A stretch of 64,000 bases of DNA from Eledone cirrhosa (GCA_964016885.1 OZ024741.1:233740001-233804000); one strand, 5' to 3'; shown: positions 11,922 through 22,420, counted from the first letter of the stretch. Numbers and translations: made by a program. The notes: generated by a model not told the origin, from the letters alone.

Positions 11922-12270
11922 TGTAGCGGTTGTCTCCCTTGTTGTGACTCACAACCCCAATAGATGAACAACATCTAGACGGGAAGTAGAACCCTTTCTG
12001 TAACTTCCGGCAGAGGCCTATAAAACGAATAGCCTTCGGCTCTCTCCCTCTCATTTGCCCTTCCGGCGCCTGGCCTTAGCCAGGCGTCTTCTGCCAGCCG
12101 CGTTTGCCTGGCAATCAAAACGGTAACTACTAACTTTGCTTCATTCTATCATCTATTTCTTTGACATGACAACTATACTGTTCTATATATATCCATGATT
12201 GTTAATTAAATATTATACACACAAACCATGTCTCCTTGTTACATTCATCACCACCAGTATTTTCGCTATA
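11922..12270 (+). repeat. 3' LTR
   Basis: About 98% identical by eye to 10260-10608. Confidence 0.92.
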
Positions 12271-12450
12271 GATTTAATCATTTATATTTTCATAGTCATG
12301 GTTATCAATGTAGAAAACAAGTCATTTTCACCAACAGTGGAATTACTTCTGACAGCTAATACCATGAACTATATTTTCATAGTCATGGTTATCAATGTAG
12401 AAAACGACATTTTCACCAACAGTGGAGTTAACTTAAATGAAAATATAGGC

Positions 12451-12466
12451 GGCCCTTAAAAGGGCC
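12451..12466 (-). other. Second histone-type stem-loop motif (in a ~55-bp repeat of 10158-10213)
   Basis: GGCCCTTTTAAGGGCC on the minus strand, same flanks as 10182-10197. Confidence 0.4.
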
Positions 12467-12566
12467 AAATTAGAAAACAAATATATGGTTATCAAATTTT
12501 TTCACTAACCCTATACATGAAATTGATAACCATGACTATGAAAATATAAATGATTAAATCCAATTG

Positions 12567-12666
12567 TTTATTAAAATAACGCGTGGTAATACGGAAATAA
12601 ACGATGTTTACGATTGAGAAGGTTGACGAAACTTTCACTTCTGACAGCTAGTAGCATGGTAGTGCC
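12567..12666. repeat. Right arm of ~100-bp inverted repeat
   Basis: Reverse complement of 10040-10139. Confidence 0.9.
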
Positions 12667-13490
12667 GTATACTAAACAGTATACACGTCTCTGTGGAATG
12701 TTCAACCACTTGCACGTTAATTTCACTAACAGAGTGTTCCGTTGGTTGAACAACTAGAATACTCAATGTTGAAACTGAAGTAGGTCAATTCCATGCATTA
12801 TTATAGAAAAACACTCCCCACCGATTTCAGTGAGAAATATTTTTTCCTCCGTTTTATCGTCGGCCATCAATTAAATTTACCGCGAAACACTGCAAATGAC
12901 GTTTTTCCAGGCAAACGGACGGGGGCCGGGGTTACAACTAGTGTTAGGGTTATTTCCCATTGAAATCGGTGAGGGGTGTTTTCCTATGGATTTACCCATT
13001 CTATTTCCACACACACTTATACACTGTACATATTTTAATATGTACGCGCGCACGCAGAAATTACCAAAAAGTTTCAAGTTGGGAAACAAATAAGTTTGAA
13101 AAGAATTCTGATAATGCGTAATAATATTTTCACACACACACACACAAACATATCTACATACATTTAAATCTGTACCTCACAGTATCTAATTTTAATCAGA
13201 AATTAACAAAAGGTTCACTTGAAAAGTTGTTTCTAAATGTTTCTTCAGTTTTACCAATATTGACAGAAAAGTGTCTCGAGGGAGTGTTAAGAGTTATAAA
13301 ACAAATTGCAAAGCAAATTATGTTTAATAAATACTTAATAACGCATCAATGAATTGTGAATTTAAAAAAGGATACCTGCAGTTATAATAAAATACAAAAT
13401 TATGAGTTAGGAAGATAAAATATTCAAAAATATTGATAATTACAAACATGTATATAAAAGAAGCTATAGTATATTGATGTAAAGGTAACA

Positions 13491-14177
13491 CTATCGCATC
13501 TGAGTTTGTCTTTTTTTAAATTCCTCCATAGTTTTAAGAATTTTACTCCAGTCTACATGACAGTCATTACAATCATCGGAAATATCATCGAGGGCTTTCA
13601 GGAGATTTTCCAATCCACCAGACTTGAAACCTTCTTTTTTTACCCATGAATAAAATACTTTAAACCTGAGCTCGTAACCACCGTTGCTGGAGTCCTTCAA
13701 CTGACCAATAGTCGCCAAACTAACACCTAATTGGATAGCAACAGCTTCCCAACCAGAACCGACACTCTGTAAAAGGCTACCGAGAAGGTCTTCCTCCAGC
13801 TTTAGACCGTTAGCCTTTTCAAGGATGTTATTTATGTCATAGATCACCATAGGTGAACTATCAGCTGTCTCCAGGCATGCGACTATAGGATTCAAATCGT
13901 TTTCTCTTAGACAGGCCACGAATTCATCAAATTGTTCTGACTTATTCGATTTATCGTCACGTTTTATTTTTCGAAGAAGGATATCGAGAAAACACCGATT
14001 CTTTTTTTCTATAACTTTCTCTGCTTGAACGGTATGCATTTGCTCTGTACTGATAAGCTTCTTGGCAAAAAAGTGATCAAGAATCGCTTCTATCTCCACA
14101 TCACTAATGTCACTGACAAGTTGTTTCCAACATCGTTGAATTTTGTTCGCATTCCCACGTCGCCTAGTGTCGGCCAT
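13491..14177 (-). CDS. Intronless CARD + Death domain adaptor (RAIDD/CRADD-like architecture), 228 aa, copy A
   Basis: ATG at 14177 (the track's start is GTG). N-terminal IQRCWKQLVSDI..AILDHFFAKKLIS..MHTVQAEK...KNRCFLDILLRK..FDEFVACLRE fits CARD; C-terminal LLQSVGSGWEAVAIQLGVS..I.....RFKVFYSW......LENLLKAL fits a Death domain; Inr-like TCAGTT at 14193-14198. Confidence 0.85.
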   Translation of the reverse strand: MADTRRRGNANKIQRCWKQLVSDISDVEIEAILDHFFAKKLISTEQMHTVQAEKVIEKKNRCFLDILLRKIKRDDKSNKSEQFDEFVACLRENDLNPIVACLETADSSPMVIYDINNILEKANGLKLEEDLLGSLLQSVGSGWEAVAIQLGVSLATIGQLKDSSNGGYELRFKVFYSWVKKEGFKSGGLENLLKALDDISDDCNDCHVDWSKILKTMEEFKKRQTQMR

Positions 14178-15099
14178 TTTAGTTATCACCGGAACTGAGA
14201 GTGATTTCCCTTGAATTTACATTCGACCGCAATTATTCTCGGGTCCCAATTTCTTGTATGTTCTTTTTTTTTTGTCATATATAATATTTTCATATAAAAT
14301 AAAATTAATATTATCTCCATATGAGTCACAATAAAATTTCGCCGGAGATAGATTAGCAAAATTTAATAGCCGCGGTGGGGGAGGATTCAAGACCTGAGAG
14401 TATATACCTTTTATTAAAACACTTCCTGGTTATACGAACTTGCAATCTGTTCCAAAAATTCAATGTGGTTTTTTATCCCATCATTCTTAAACACTGTTCT
14501 TTATGTCTTTTCTCACAATACCAACAATCTTTATCCACATTTTCCCAACAGACATCAAACTGCAAACATTTAAACTCTACTACAACCATATCATCCTCAA
14601 ATAACACAGGCAAATTTGTAAACAATATGAGCACCACGTATTCTCCGATTAAAGTATTAGCAAAAAAGGGAGTTTATTTAGAACAACCCCACTTCGGATT
14701 TCTACGTAGAAATATTAGATTAACCATGAATACAAGGAGGCAGTTTAGGGCAATATATGCGTTCCGAGTTCAAATATCGCCGAGGTCAACTTCGACTTTC
14801 ATCGTTCGGGGATCGATATAATCGACTTTCCCCTCTCCGCCAATTCCAGACCTTGTACTAAGATTAGAAACTCTTGCTAACTCTTACATACCAGAATTAG
14901 CATAATTTACGTAACATATCAAGAAAATAAACAACCATACAACCGTGTCGTTTAGTTATGCATACAATATCTGGCTAGTACACATAATTGAGGTCGAATG
15001 TTAAGTATATTGAGTGGAGTACCGGGTTTAATTTTCCATCCATATTTGTGTCCCAAATCATCTCTCAACTATGTTCCTATCTAGCGAGGTCTCAGAAAT

Positions 15100-15733
15100 A
15101 TGAGTAACAAACAACGGCTTGGGAATGCAAACAAAATTCAACGATACTGAGAACAATTTGTGAGCGTCGTTAGTGATGTGGATTTAGAAGCGATTCTTGA
15201 TCGCTTTTTTACCAAGGAGCTTATCAGGGAAGAGGAAATGCATACCGTTCAAGCAGAGAAAGTTATGGAAAAAAAGAATCGGTGTTTCATCGAAAAATGA
15301 AACGTGACGATAAATGGAATACGTCATGACAATTTGATGGATTTGTGGCCTGTCTAAAAAAAAAGGACATTCGGATCCTATAGTCGCATACTTGGAGACA
15401 GCTGACAGTTCACCTATGGCCAATGACATAAAGGCTAATGTTGTAAAACTGGATGAAAAACTTCTTGGTGATATATTATACAATGTCGGTTCCGGCTGGG
15501 AGGCTGTTACTAACCAATTAGGCGTTACTCAGGTGACAATTGGGAAAGCTAAAGAGAACGCACCAAACAACAGAGATAACCAGATATATTCTGTATTTAA
15601 TTATTGGCTACAAAAAGAGGGTTGCGAGCCTGATGGATTGGAAAAACTCCTGAGAGCCATCGATGATGTTTCTGATAATTGTGATGTAGACTGGAGTAAA
15701 ATGCTTGAAATTATCGAGAACAGTAAAAAATGA
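15100..15733 (+). pseudogene. CARD-Death domain pseudogene, copy B
   Basis: Aligns with 19700-20359; TGA at codon 17 (15148-15150, TGG in paralogs) and deletions/frameshift in the CARD; Death domain part (15392-15733) still open. Confidence 0.88.
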
Positions 15734-16644
15734 AAAACATAAGGATCTTTTACTCAAAGTTTCCTATTGAAAACATAACGCAGGTTTGTGGTGGTGTTAG
15801 CTTTACATCAATATGTTATAGTTTCTTTTATATACATGTATGTACCTATCAATAGCCTTCAACATTTGTTCTGAACAATATAATGTTGACTGGAATGCAA
15901 TGGCACTAACGAAATCTAAGGATTTTTAACTAAAGATTCACTGTTAGTTATACAATCCAGAATTATGGAGTGTTGACGTTACATCAATATGTTATATTTT
16001 TTATTATATACATGTATATATCAATATTTGTAAGTATTTTACCTTCATATTTCATAATAACTGTGGTAATTTTATTTTTTATTATAACTGCTGATAACTA
16101 AAACCCACTTATTAATGTTGACTTTGCGTTATTAATAAAGTAGTTCATTATTACTTACAGTAACTATTATAATTGACTCCGTCATGTAATTTTTTATTCA
16201 TAACTCCGACCTGATACTTTTCGATTAATAGTGATAAAACTCAAGAAATATTAACCAGCAACGTTTTTAAGTGAACCTATTATCAGTTTCTCATGACATT
16301 TATGTACTATGTTAACTTCTAAAGCGAGGGAAGTATAATTATAAAGAAAGCTTCGCAAGTGCTCTCGTTAACGAAAAACTAATTTTCGGCGGTTTTTAAC
16401 ATCAAATTCAATGAAAACACACTTTAAAAAAACGCAAGACGGGTATTATTGTTAAATTAGACCAGTTATTTTTTTACATTTTACCGCATATATTTTATAA
16501 TAGTTTCATAATTACAGAAGTTCACTCTGTACTTGTGCGTAGAAATTTTAAGAGGTGCATTCCTAAATGCAGTCAAGCTAGTTCGGTGAACCAGGAAGTA
16601 TTATTATAGCAGTAGAAGACAGAAAATCTGCGCTAAAAGTCGAT

Positions 16645-16740
16645 TCAAGGGAGATCACTTACAGTTTGCTGGCATCCACTAACAACTGCTTGCGAACGTC
16701 AACAGAATTCAACGATCTTTGCAGCACTTAATCAAAAAGG
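16645..16740 (+). pseudogene. Relic 5' end (promoter + CARD N-terminus) of a further CARD gene
   Basis: attcaagggagatcacttacagtt resembles the copy A upstream attcaagggaaatcactctcagtt, followed by QLLANVNRIQRSLQHLIKK (cf. QRLRNAIKIQECWKQLV). Confidence 0.5.
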
Positions 16741-18700
16741 GAAATGACGTTTTTTGAAAATAGCTATTCCCCTAACTTATGGGCATGGGAATCTGGAGAG
16801 AAAAAAATTGAATTAGACGTTTGCCATAATCCTATCATAGAATAGAAATAAGGAGGGCTAACACAGCAATATTTGACTGAAACTTAATTTAGGAAATGGA
16901 AATTGTTGTTGTTTTTAACAGTAATAAATTGTTTTTTTTTGCAAATCATTAGCACCATGCTAAATGAGTAGTTTGGGAGTAGTTGGTTTGTGCAATGGTT
17001 AAAATTGCAACACGATACTGGATTAGTAGTTGAGGTTACAAATAAAATGAACCACATTATTCATAATTATCATCATAATCATCCATTAACGTCGGTTTTT
17101 CCCTCTAGCAACGCTTGCAAGTGTTTACAGTACTCAAGCGAAGCTACTGATTTCTCAGATGAGCCGAGTTTCTGCATCTCCCATACTTTTTCACATTCAT
17201 TCGGGGCACCAGCAATACTGTGCTTGTCATGTCTTTGACACAGCTGAACAGTCTTGTTAGTGTTTATTTTGTTTTTTTTTGTTAGCAAGCTTTCTATGGC
17301 TGGATGCCCTTCTTATCATCAACCAATTTACATTGTATTCTCAATCAATGAAGAATATATTCATCCAGGGTCCACTGTCATAAGAGATATGTAGTAGTCA
17401 CATAATAATTCATAAGCCTGTGGTTATATATAAAGCTGTCAATTGTGTGGAACCAGTAACTCTGACTACCACAAACCATACAAATATCCCATGCTTTGTG
17501 ACTACTTAAAGTGTGTGTTTCTTTCATCCCCAGTTTCTATGGAATTACTTATATTGTAGTGTCATGTCATACAGAGTTTATTAAAATATTGCCATGGTCG
17601 TTAGATCAAAAATGAGGACCAAAGTGTAAGAATCCCCACAAGAATCTCAACAGTTCCAAATTGTAACCAAGAAACACTGTTGAAACTCTTGAAAATGATC
17701 TCAGTCTACACAAATAGGAAACAAGTGTTGAGAAAGAATGAGCAAGCCGAAGAAACACAGAAGAACACTCAAACACCTGAGTTTCAACATTCTAGAAATA
17801 TCAGGACTGGTTTGGTGAACATGAAGCAAAGAATTAAGAAGCACAAACTTCTTTCTACCTATCAGTGTGACACATCTCATGCATCCAAGAAATTATTAGT
17901 CATAGAGATACGCCAGATATGCAGAATCTACTAAGACACATCCATGAAAATTAACTGTAAGAAAAGCTAAAGAAAACCAGCATTATATTGATAGATATTA
18001 CTGGAAGAGATTATATGTATCATTGAAAGTCTCAATTCTTAGGAACTAGACCTCTTAAGTGCTGATTAATCCCCATTTTACACACATATAAAACACATTT
18101 TAGAGAGATTGGCTAAATACACAGAAATCATTTTAAATCCCTCATTTAAACGTTTCAATAAAACATATACAACTGGACCACATTCATAAACATAACTAAA
18201 CCATATTTACTGAAAGGGAGTGAGACGTAGTAGGCGTTCTATAGCTATGTGTAACGAGACCAATATTAAGGTTGAAAAGTTCAGCACAAACAATATAAAA
18301 GTTAAAAACGAAACTTCAAACAGTTCTGGTTTAGTGTTAAACTTTTGAGCCTTTTTCAATAAACATTAGCACAGAACTATGTTACATGTATTCTGAACAT
18401 GATTGTGTACTGACTTGCTGGCCTTGTGCCAAAAGTAGAAACAATTATTATGATATATTGCCAGACCTCATATTTTGAGACATTTACTTCCGGCTATATA
18501 TACGTTCGGAGTTCAAATATCGCCGAGGTCAACTTCGACTTTCATCGTTCGGGGATCGATATAATCGACTTTCCCCTCTCCGCCAATTCCAGGCCTTGTG
18601 CTTAGATTAGAAACTCTTGCTAGCTCTTACAAACCAGAATTAGCACAATTTATGTGACATATCAAGAAAACACACAACCATTCAACCGTGTCGTTTAGTT

Positions 18701-19568
18701 GGAATCAGTTAAACAACAAGAATAATTATGGTACAGAAAGGGTTAAGTAATCATATTGATGGCCTCCCCACAGCCCCGCTGGACAGGATAGAGAAGGCGT
18801 TTCCCCGGAGGATAGTAAGGGAAACGCGCTGGACGAGCCATTCCAATTCGCGAGGGTCACACCTGCGGCTGGCCAGCTCAACGCCTATGGTGATGAGCAG
18901 GGAGGTAGCCCTAGGGTCGAAGACACTAGAAGTCTTCACTGCCAAGGGAACGACCGCAAACCTGTCGGAGAGCAACCTGTATTTGAAGAGCTTGGCCTCC
19001 TCAGCCCAACGTGCAGCAGAACCTGGATTAGTCGCAGACTGCACCAGGTTGTGGCTGGAGAATGTGTCGCTGCAAGTGGCATCCCAGATGAGGGGTGTGC
19101 CACCGCGGAACGGGAAGATGGTCATGCCGTCTGGCCTTTTGCCGTCCCCTCGGTCCAGCCACACGGGCTCGAGCTGGGAAGGGAAGCCTGCAGCGTCCAA
19201 GCCATGCTTTATGACCTCGTTGAGGGCAGCATGGCGTGGAAGCCGGCCGGCACTGTGGCGACAGGAAAGCGGGTGGAGGCCCAAAGAGTCCACGGTGGAT
19301 CAACAGCGACATTGGTGTGGCTCGCAGATCCGGAGGCCAAGCCTCAAGGAAACGCCGGTGCGCAGGCTATTATTATCCAGCTGCGTACCAGTGGAGAAGG
19401 AGGGAAGGGCATGGAGCCAGGCACCATTGTGGGGTTTGGATGCCGCACGAAAACAGGTAAGGTGGTGCTACTCCAGCTGGGGGGTGAGCCTGTCTGAGGC
19501 CAGTCTGCACAGGATGGCATCCCAAATGCTGTGGGAGGACTTGATGTCAGTGGGGGGAAGGAGGAGGG
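18701..19568 (-). mobile_element. 5'-truncated CRE-type non-LTR retrotransposon (CCHC knuckle + restriction-like endonuclease)
   Basis: GAWLHALP..LRLGL.ICEPHQCRC..D.LGLH.LSC..GR..RH..LN..LEP..RGDGKRPDG.T..P...WD.TC.DT..AE..K..KY..P.A..QR.S..I.RGNA; GC-rich; absent from the paralogous site 14957/14967. Confidence 0.88.
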
Positions 19569-19699
19569 ATATCTGGCTCGTACACATAATTGAGGTCGAA
19601 TGTTAAGTATATTGAGTCGAGTTCCGGGTTGCATTTCCTCCATGTTTGTTTCCCAAATCATCTCTCGACTGTGTTCATACCTAGCGAGGTCTCAGAAAC

Positions 19700-20359
19700 A
19701 TGAGTAGCAAACAACGGCTTCGGAATGCAATCAAAATTCAAGAGTGTTGGAAACAACTTGTCAATGACATTAATGATGTGGAGTTAGAAGCGATTCTTGA
19801 TCACTTTTTTGCCAAGAAGCTTATCAGTGCAGAGGAAATGCATACCGTTCAAGCAGAGAAAGTTATAGAAAAAAAGAATCGGTGTTTTCTCGATATCCTT
19901 CTTCGAAAAATGAAACGTGACGATAAATCGAATAAGTCAGAACAATTTGATGAATTCGTGGCCTGTCTAAGAGAAAACGATTTGAATCATATAGTCGCAT
20001 ACCTGGAGACAGCTGACAGTTCACCTATGACCAATGACATAAATAACATCCTTGAAAACGCTAAAAGTGTAAAACTGAATGAGAAACTTCTTGGTGGTAT
20101 TTTACGCAATGTCGGTTGCGACTGGGAGGCTGTTGCTAACCAATTAGGCGTTACTCAGATGACAATTGGGAAAGCTAAAGAGAACGCACCAAACAACAGA
20201 GATAACCAGATATATTCTGTATTTAATTATTGGCTACAAAAAGAGCGTTGCGAGCCTGATGGATTGGAAAAACTCCTGAGAGCCATCGATGATGTTTCTG
20301 ATAATTGTGATGTAGACTGGAGTAAAATTCTTGAAATTATCGAGAACAGTAAAAAATGA
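19700..20359 (+). CDS. Intronless CARD + Death domain adaptor, 219 aa, copy C
   Basis: Intact ORF; CARD nearly identical to copy A, Death domain nearly identical to copy B. Confidence 0.87.
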   Translation: MSSKQRLRNAIKIQECWKQLVNDINDVELEAILDHFFAKKLISAEEMHTVQAEKVIEKKNRCFLDILLRKMKRDDKSNKSEQFDEFVACLRENDLNHIVAYLETADSSPMTNDINNILENAKSVKLNEKLLGGILRNVGCDWEAVANQLGVTQMTIGKAKENAPNNRDNQIYSVFNYWLQKERCEPDGLEKLLRAIDDVSDNCDVDWSKILEIIENSKK

Positions 20360-21247
20360 AAAACATAAGGATCTTTTACTCAAAGTTACCTACTGGAAAC
20401 ATAACGCAGGTTTGTGGTGGTGTTAGCTTTACATCAATATGTTATAGTTTCTTTTATATACATGTATGTACCTATCAATAGCCTTCAACATTTGTTCTGA
20501 ACAATATATTGTTGACTGGAATGCAATGGCACTAACGAAATCTAAGGATTTTTAACTAAAGATTCACTGTTAGTTATACAATCCAGAATTATGGAGTGTT
20601 GACGTTACATCAATATGTTATATTTTTTATTATATACATGTATATATCAATATTTGTAAGTATTTTACCTTCATATTTCATAATAACTGTGGTAATTTTA
20701 TTTTTTATTATAACTGCTGATAACTAAAACCCACTTATTAATGTTGACTTTGCGTTATTAATAAAGTAGTTCATTATTACTTACAGTAACTATTATAATT
20801 GACTCCGTCATGTAATTTTTTATTCATAACTCCGACCTGATACTTTTCGATTAATAGTGATAAAACTCAAGAAATATTAACCAGCAACGTTTTTAAGTGA
20901 ACCTATTATCAGTTTCTCATGACATTTATGTACTATGTTAACTTCTAAAGCGAGGGAAGTATAATTATAAAGAAAGCTTCGCAAGTGCTCTCGTTAACGA
21001 AAAACTAATTTTCGGCGGTTTTTATCATCAAATTCAATCAAAACACACTAAAAAAAAACGCAAGACGGGTATTATTGTTAAATTAGACCAGTTATTTTTT
21101 TACATTTTACCGCATATATTTTATAATAGTTTCATAATTGCAGAAGTTCACTCTGTACTTGTGCGTAGAAATTTTAAGAGGTGCATTCCTAAATGCAGTC
21201 AAGCTAGTTCGGTGAACCAGGAAGTATTATTATAGCAGGTTATAGAG

Positions 21248-21551
21248 GGCGGTGGATTGGCAGTATCGGTAGAGGGTCGGACGCCATGCTTTCTAGCATA
21301 GTTACGTCCCTTTACAGTCTGAGTTCAAATCCCGCCGAGGTTAACTTTGCCTTTCATCCTTACGGGGTCGATAAAATAAAGTACCAGTAATGTACTGGAT
21401 ATTTGCTGGCCTTGTGCCAAAAGTAGAAACAATTATTATAGCAGGTTAACTTTGCCTTTCATCCTTACGGGGTCGATAAAATAAAGTACCAGTAATGCAC
21501 TGAGTGTATTTGCTGGCCTTGTGCCAAAAGTAGAAACAATTATTATAGCAG
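21248..21551 (+). mobile_element. tRNA-derived SINE with tandemly duplicated 3' half
   Basis: ggcggtggattggcagtatcggtag (A-box-like), gagttcaaatccc (B-box), body gaggttaactttgcctttcatcct..ggggtcgataaa; flanking repeat attattatagcag; absent at paralogous site ~16610. Confidence 0.88.
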
Positions 21552-21582
21552 TAGAAGGGAGAAAATCTGCGCTAAAAAGTTG

Positions 21583-21685
21583 ATTCAAGGGAGATCACTT
21601 ACAGTTTTCTGGCATCCACTAACATACAGCTGCTTGCGAATGGCAACACAATTCAACGATCTTTGCAGCAATTAATCAAAAAAGG
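21583..21685 (+). pseudogene. Duplicate of the relic CARD 5' end
   Basis: (L)ASTNIQLLANGNTIQRSLQQLIKK, paralogous to 16645-16740. Confidence 0.5.
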
Positions 21686-21768
21686 AAATAACGTTTTTTG
21701 AAAATAGTTATTCTCCTAACTTATGGACAGGGTCCACTGTCATAAGAGATATGTAGTAGTCATATAAT

Positions 21769-21937
21769 TGTTTCTACGTTAGGCACAAGGCCAGCAATTA
21801 ACCAGTGCATTACTGGTACTTTATTTTATCGACCCCGTAAGGATGAAAGGCAAAGTTAACCTCGGCGGGATTTGAACTCAGATCGTAAAGGGACGTAACT
21901 ATGCTGGAAAGCATGGCGTCCAACCCTCTACCGATAC
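21769..21937 (-). mobile_element. tRNA-derived SINE, same family, inverted relative to the 21248 copy
   Basis: Reverse complement of the SINE body; TSD tgtagtagtcatataat; empty site at ~17390. Confidence 0.88.
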
Positions 21938-22059
21938 TGTAGTAGTCATATAATATATAGTAGTCATATAATAATTCATAGAGATACGCCAGAATATGCA
22001 GAATCTACTAAGACACATCCATGAAAATTAGCTGTAAGAAAAGCTAAAGAAAACCAGCA

Positions 22060-22420
22060 TTAATTTACAAAATAGAGGCCTCCATTCTACATTAGAGGTT
22101 GACAGAATTATTCCAAATCTCTAGAACTAAGGTAAGCCCCCATGGGAATTCAAAGACACTTTGTTGGTCAATATCTACAAGTGCAAAAGGAACAGGGAGT
22201 CATGTGATAACCACTGGGGCCTCTCTGCTGTTCTTTGCTGGGAAGATCCTTACCAGAGTTCTTTTGAACCACCTCATCAAATAGTTTGAGACTTCTCTGT
22301 TCTCAGAAATCCAATACAGTTTCCATGTAGGGCATGGCATTGTAGATATGGTATTCACCTTTATTGCCAGATAATATCATGATGATACGATAGTTCATGT
22401 CCTTGATACTTCTTATGATG
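22060..22420 (+). mobile_element. Decayed RTE (BovB-like) RT fragment
   Basis: AGKILTRVLLNHL, followed by Q.GF/G.VDMVF-like DNA. Confidence 0.55.

Larger units (their letters stand above)
10260..12270 (+). mobile_element. Non-autonomous LTR retrotransposon (Ty3/Gypsy-type, tRNA-Trp primed), no coding capacity
   Basis: 349-bp direct repeats 10260-10608 and 11922-12270 (TGTAG(A/C)GG...CGCTATA); 4-bp TSD GATT at 10256-10259 and 12271-12274; tRNA-Trp PBS at 10610; PPT-like GGCGGGAGG at 11910-11918; empty-site sequence preserved in inverted copy at ~12523-12566. Confidence 0.92.
14754..17984 (+). repeat. Tandem duplication unit 1 (partner 18498-22063)
   Basis: Collinear similarity from a SINE remnant through the CARD-DD gene and 3' flank; partner has insertions (CRE, 2 SINEs) and two deletions. 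Confidence 0.88.
18498..22063 (+). repeat. Tandem duplication unit 2
   Basis: See unit 1. Confidence 0.88.

Noticed and set aside
14375-14821. 148-aa plus-strand ORF between CARD-DD genes
   Set aside because: Non-ATG start, no recognisable domain, ends in SINE sequence
14820-14835. NF-kB-like GACTTTCCCC between the divergent CARD-DD genes
   Set aside because: Part of a common SINE body, so no independent evidence of function
18728-19606. 292-aa plus-strand ORF and other overlapping ORFs
   Set aside because: Antisense/alternate frames of the GC-rich CRE element; the conserved motifs are on the minus strand
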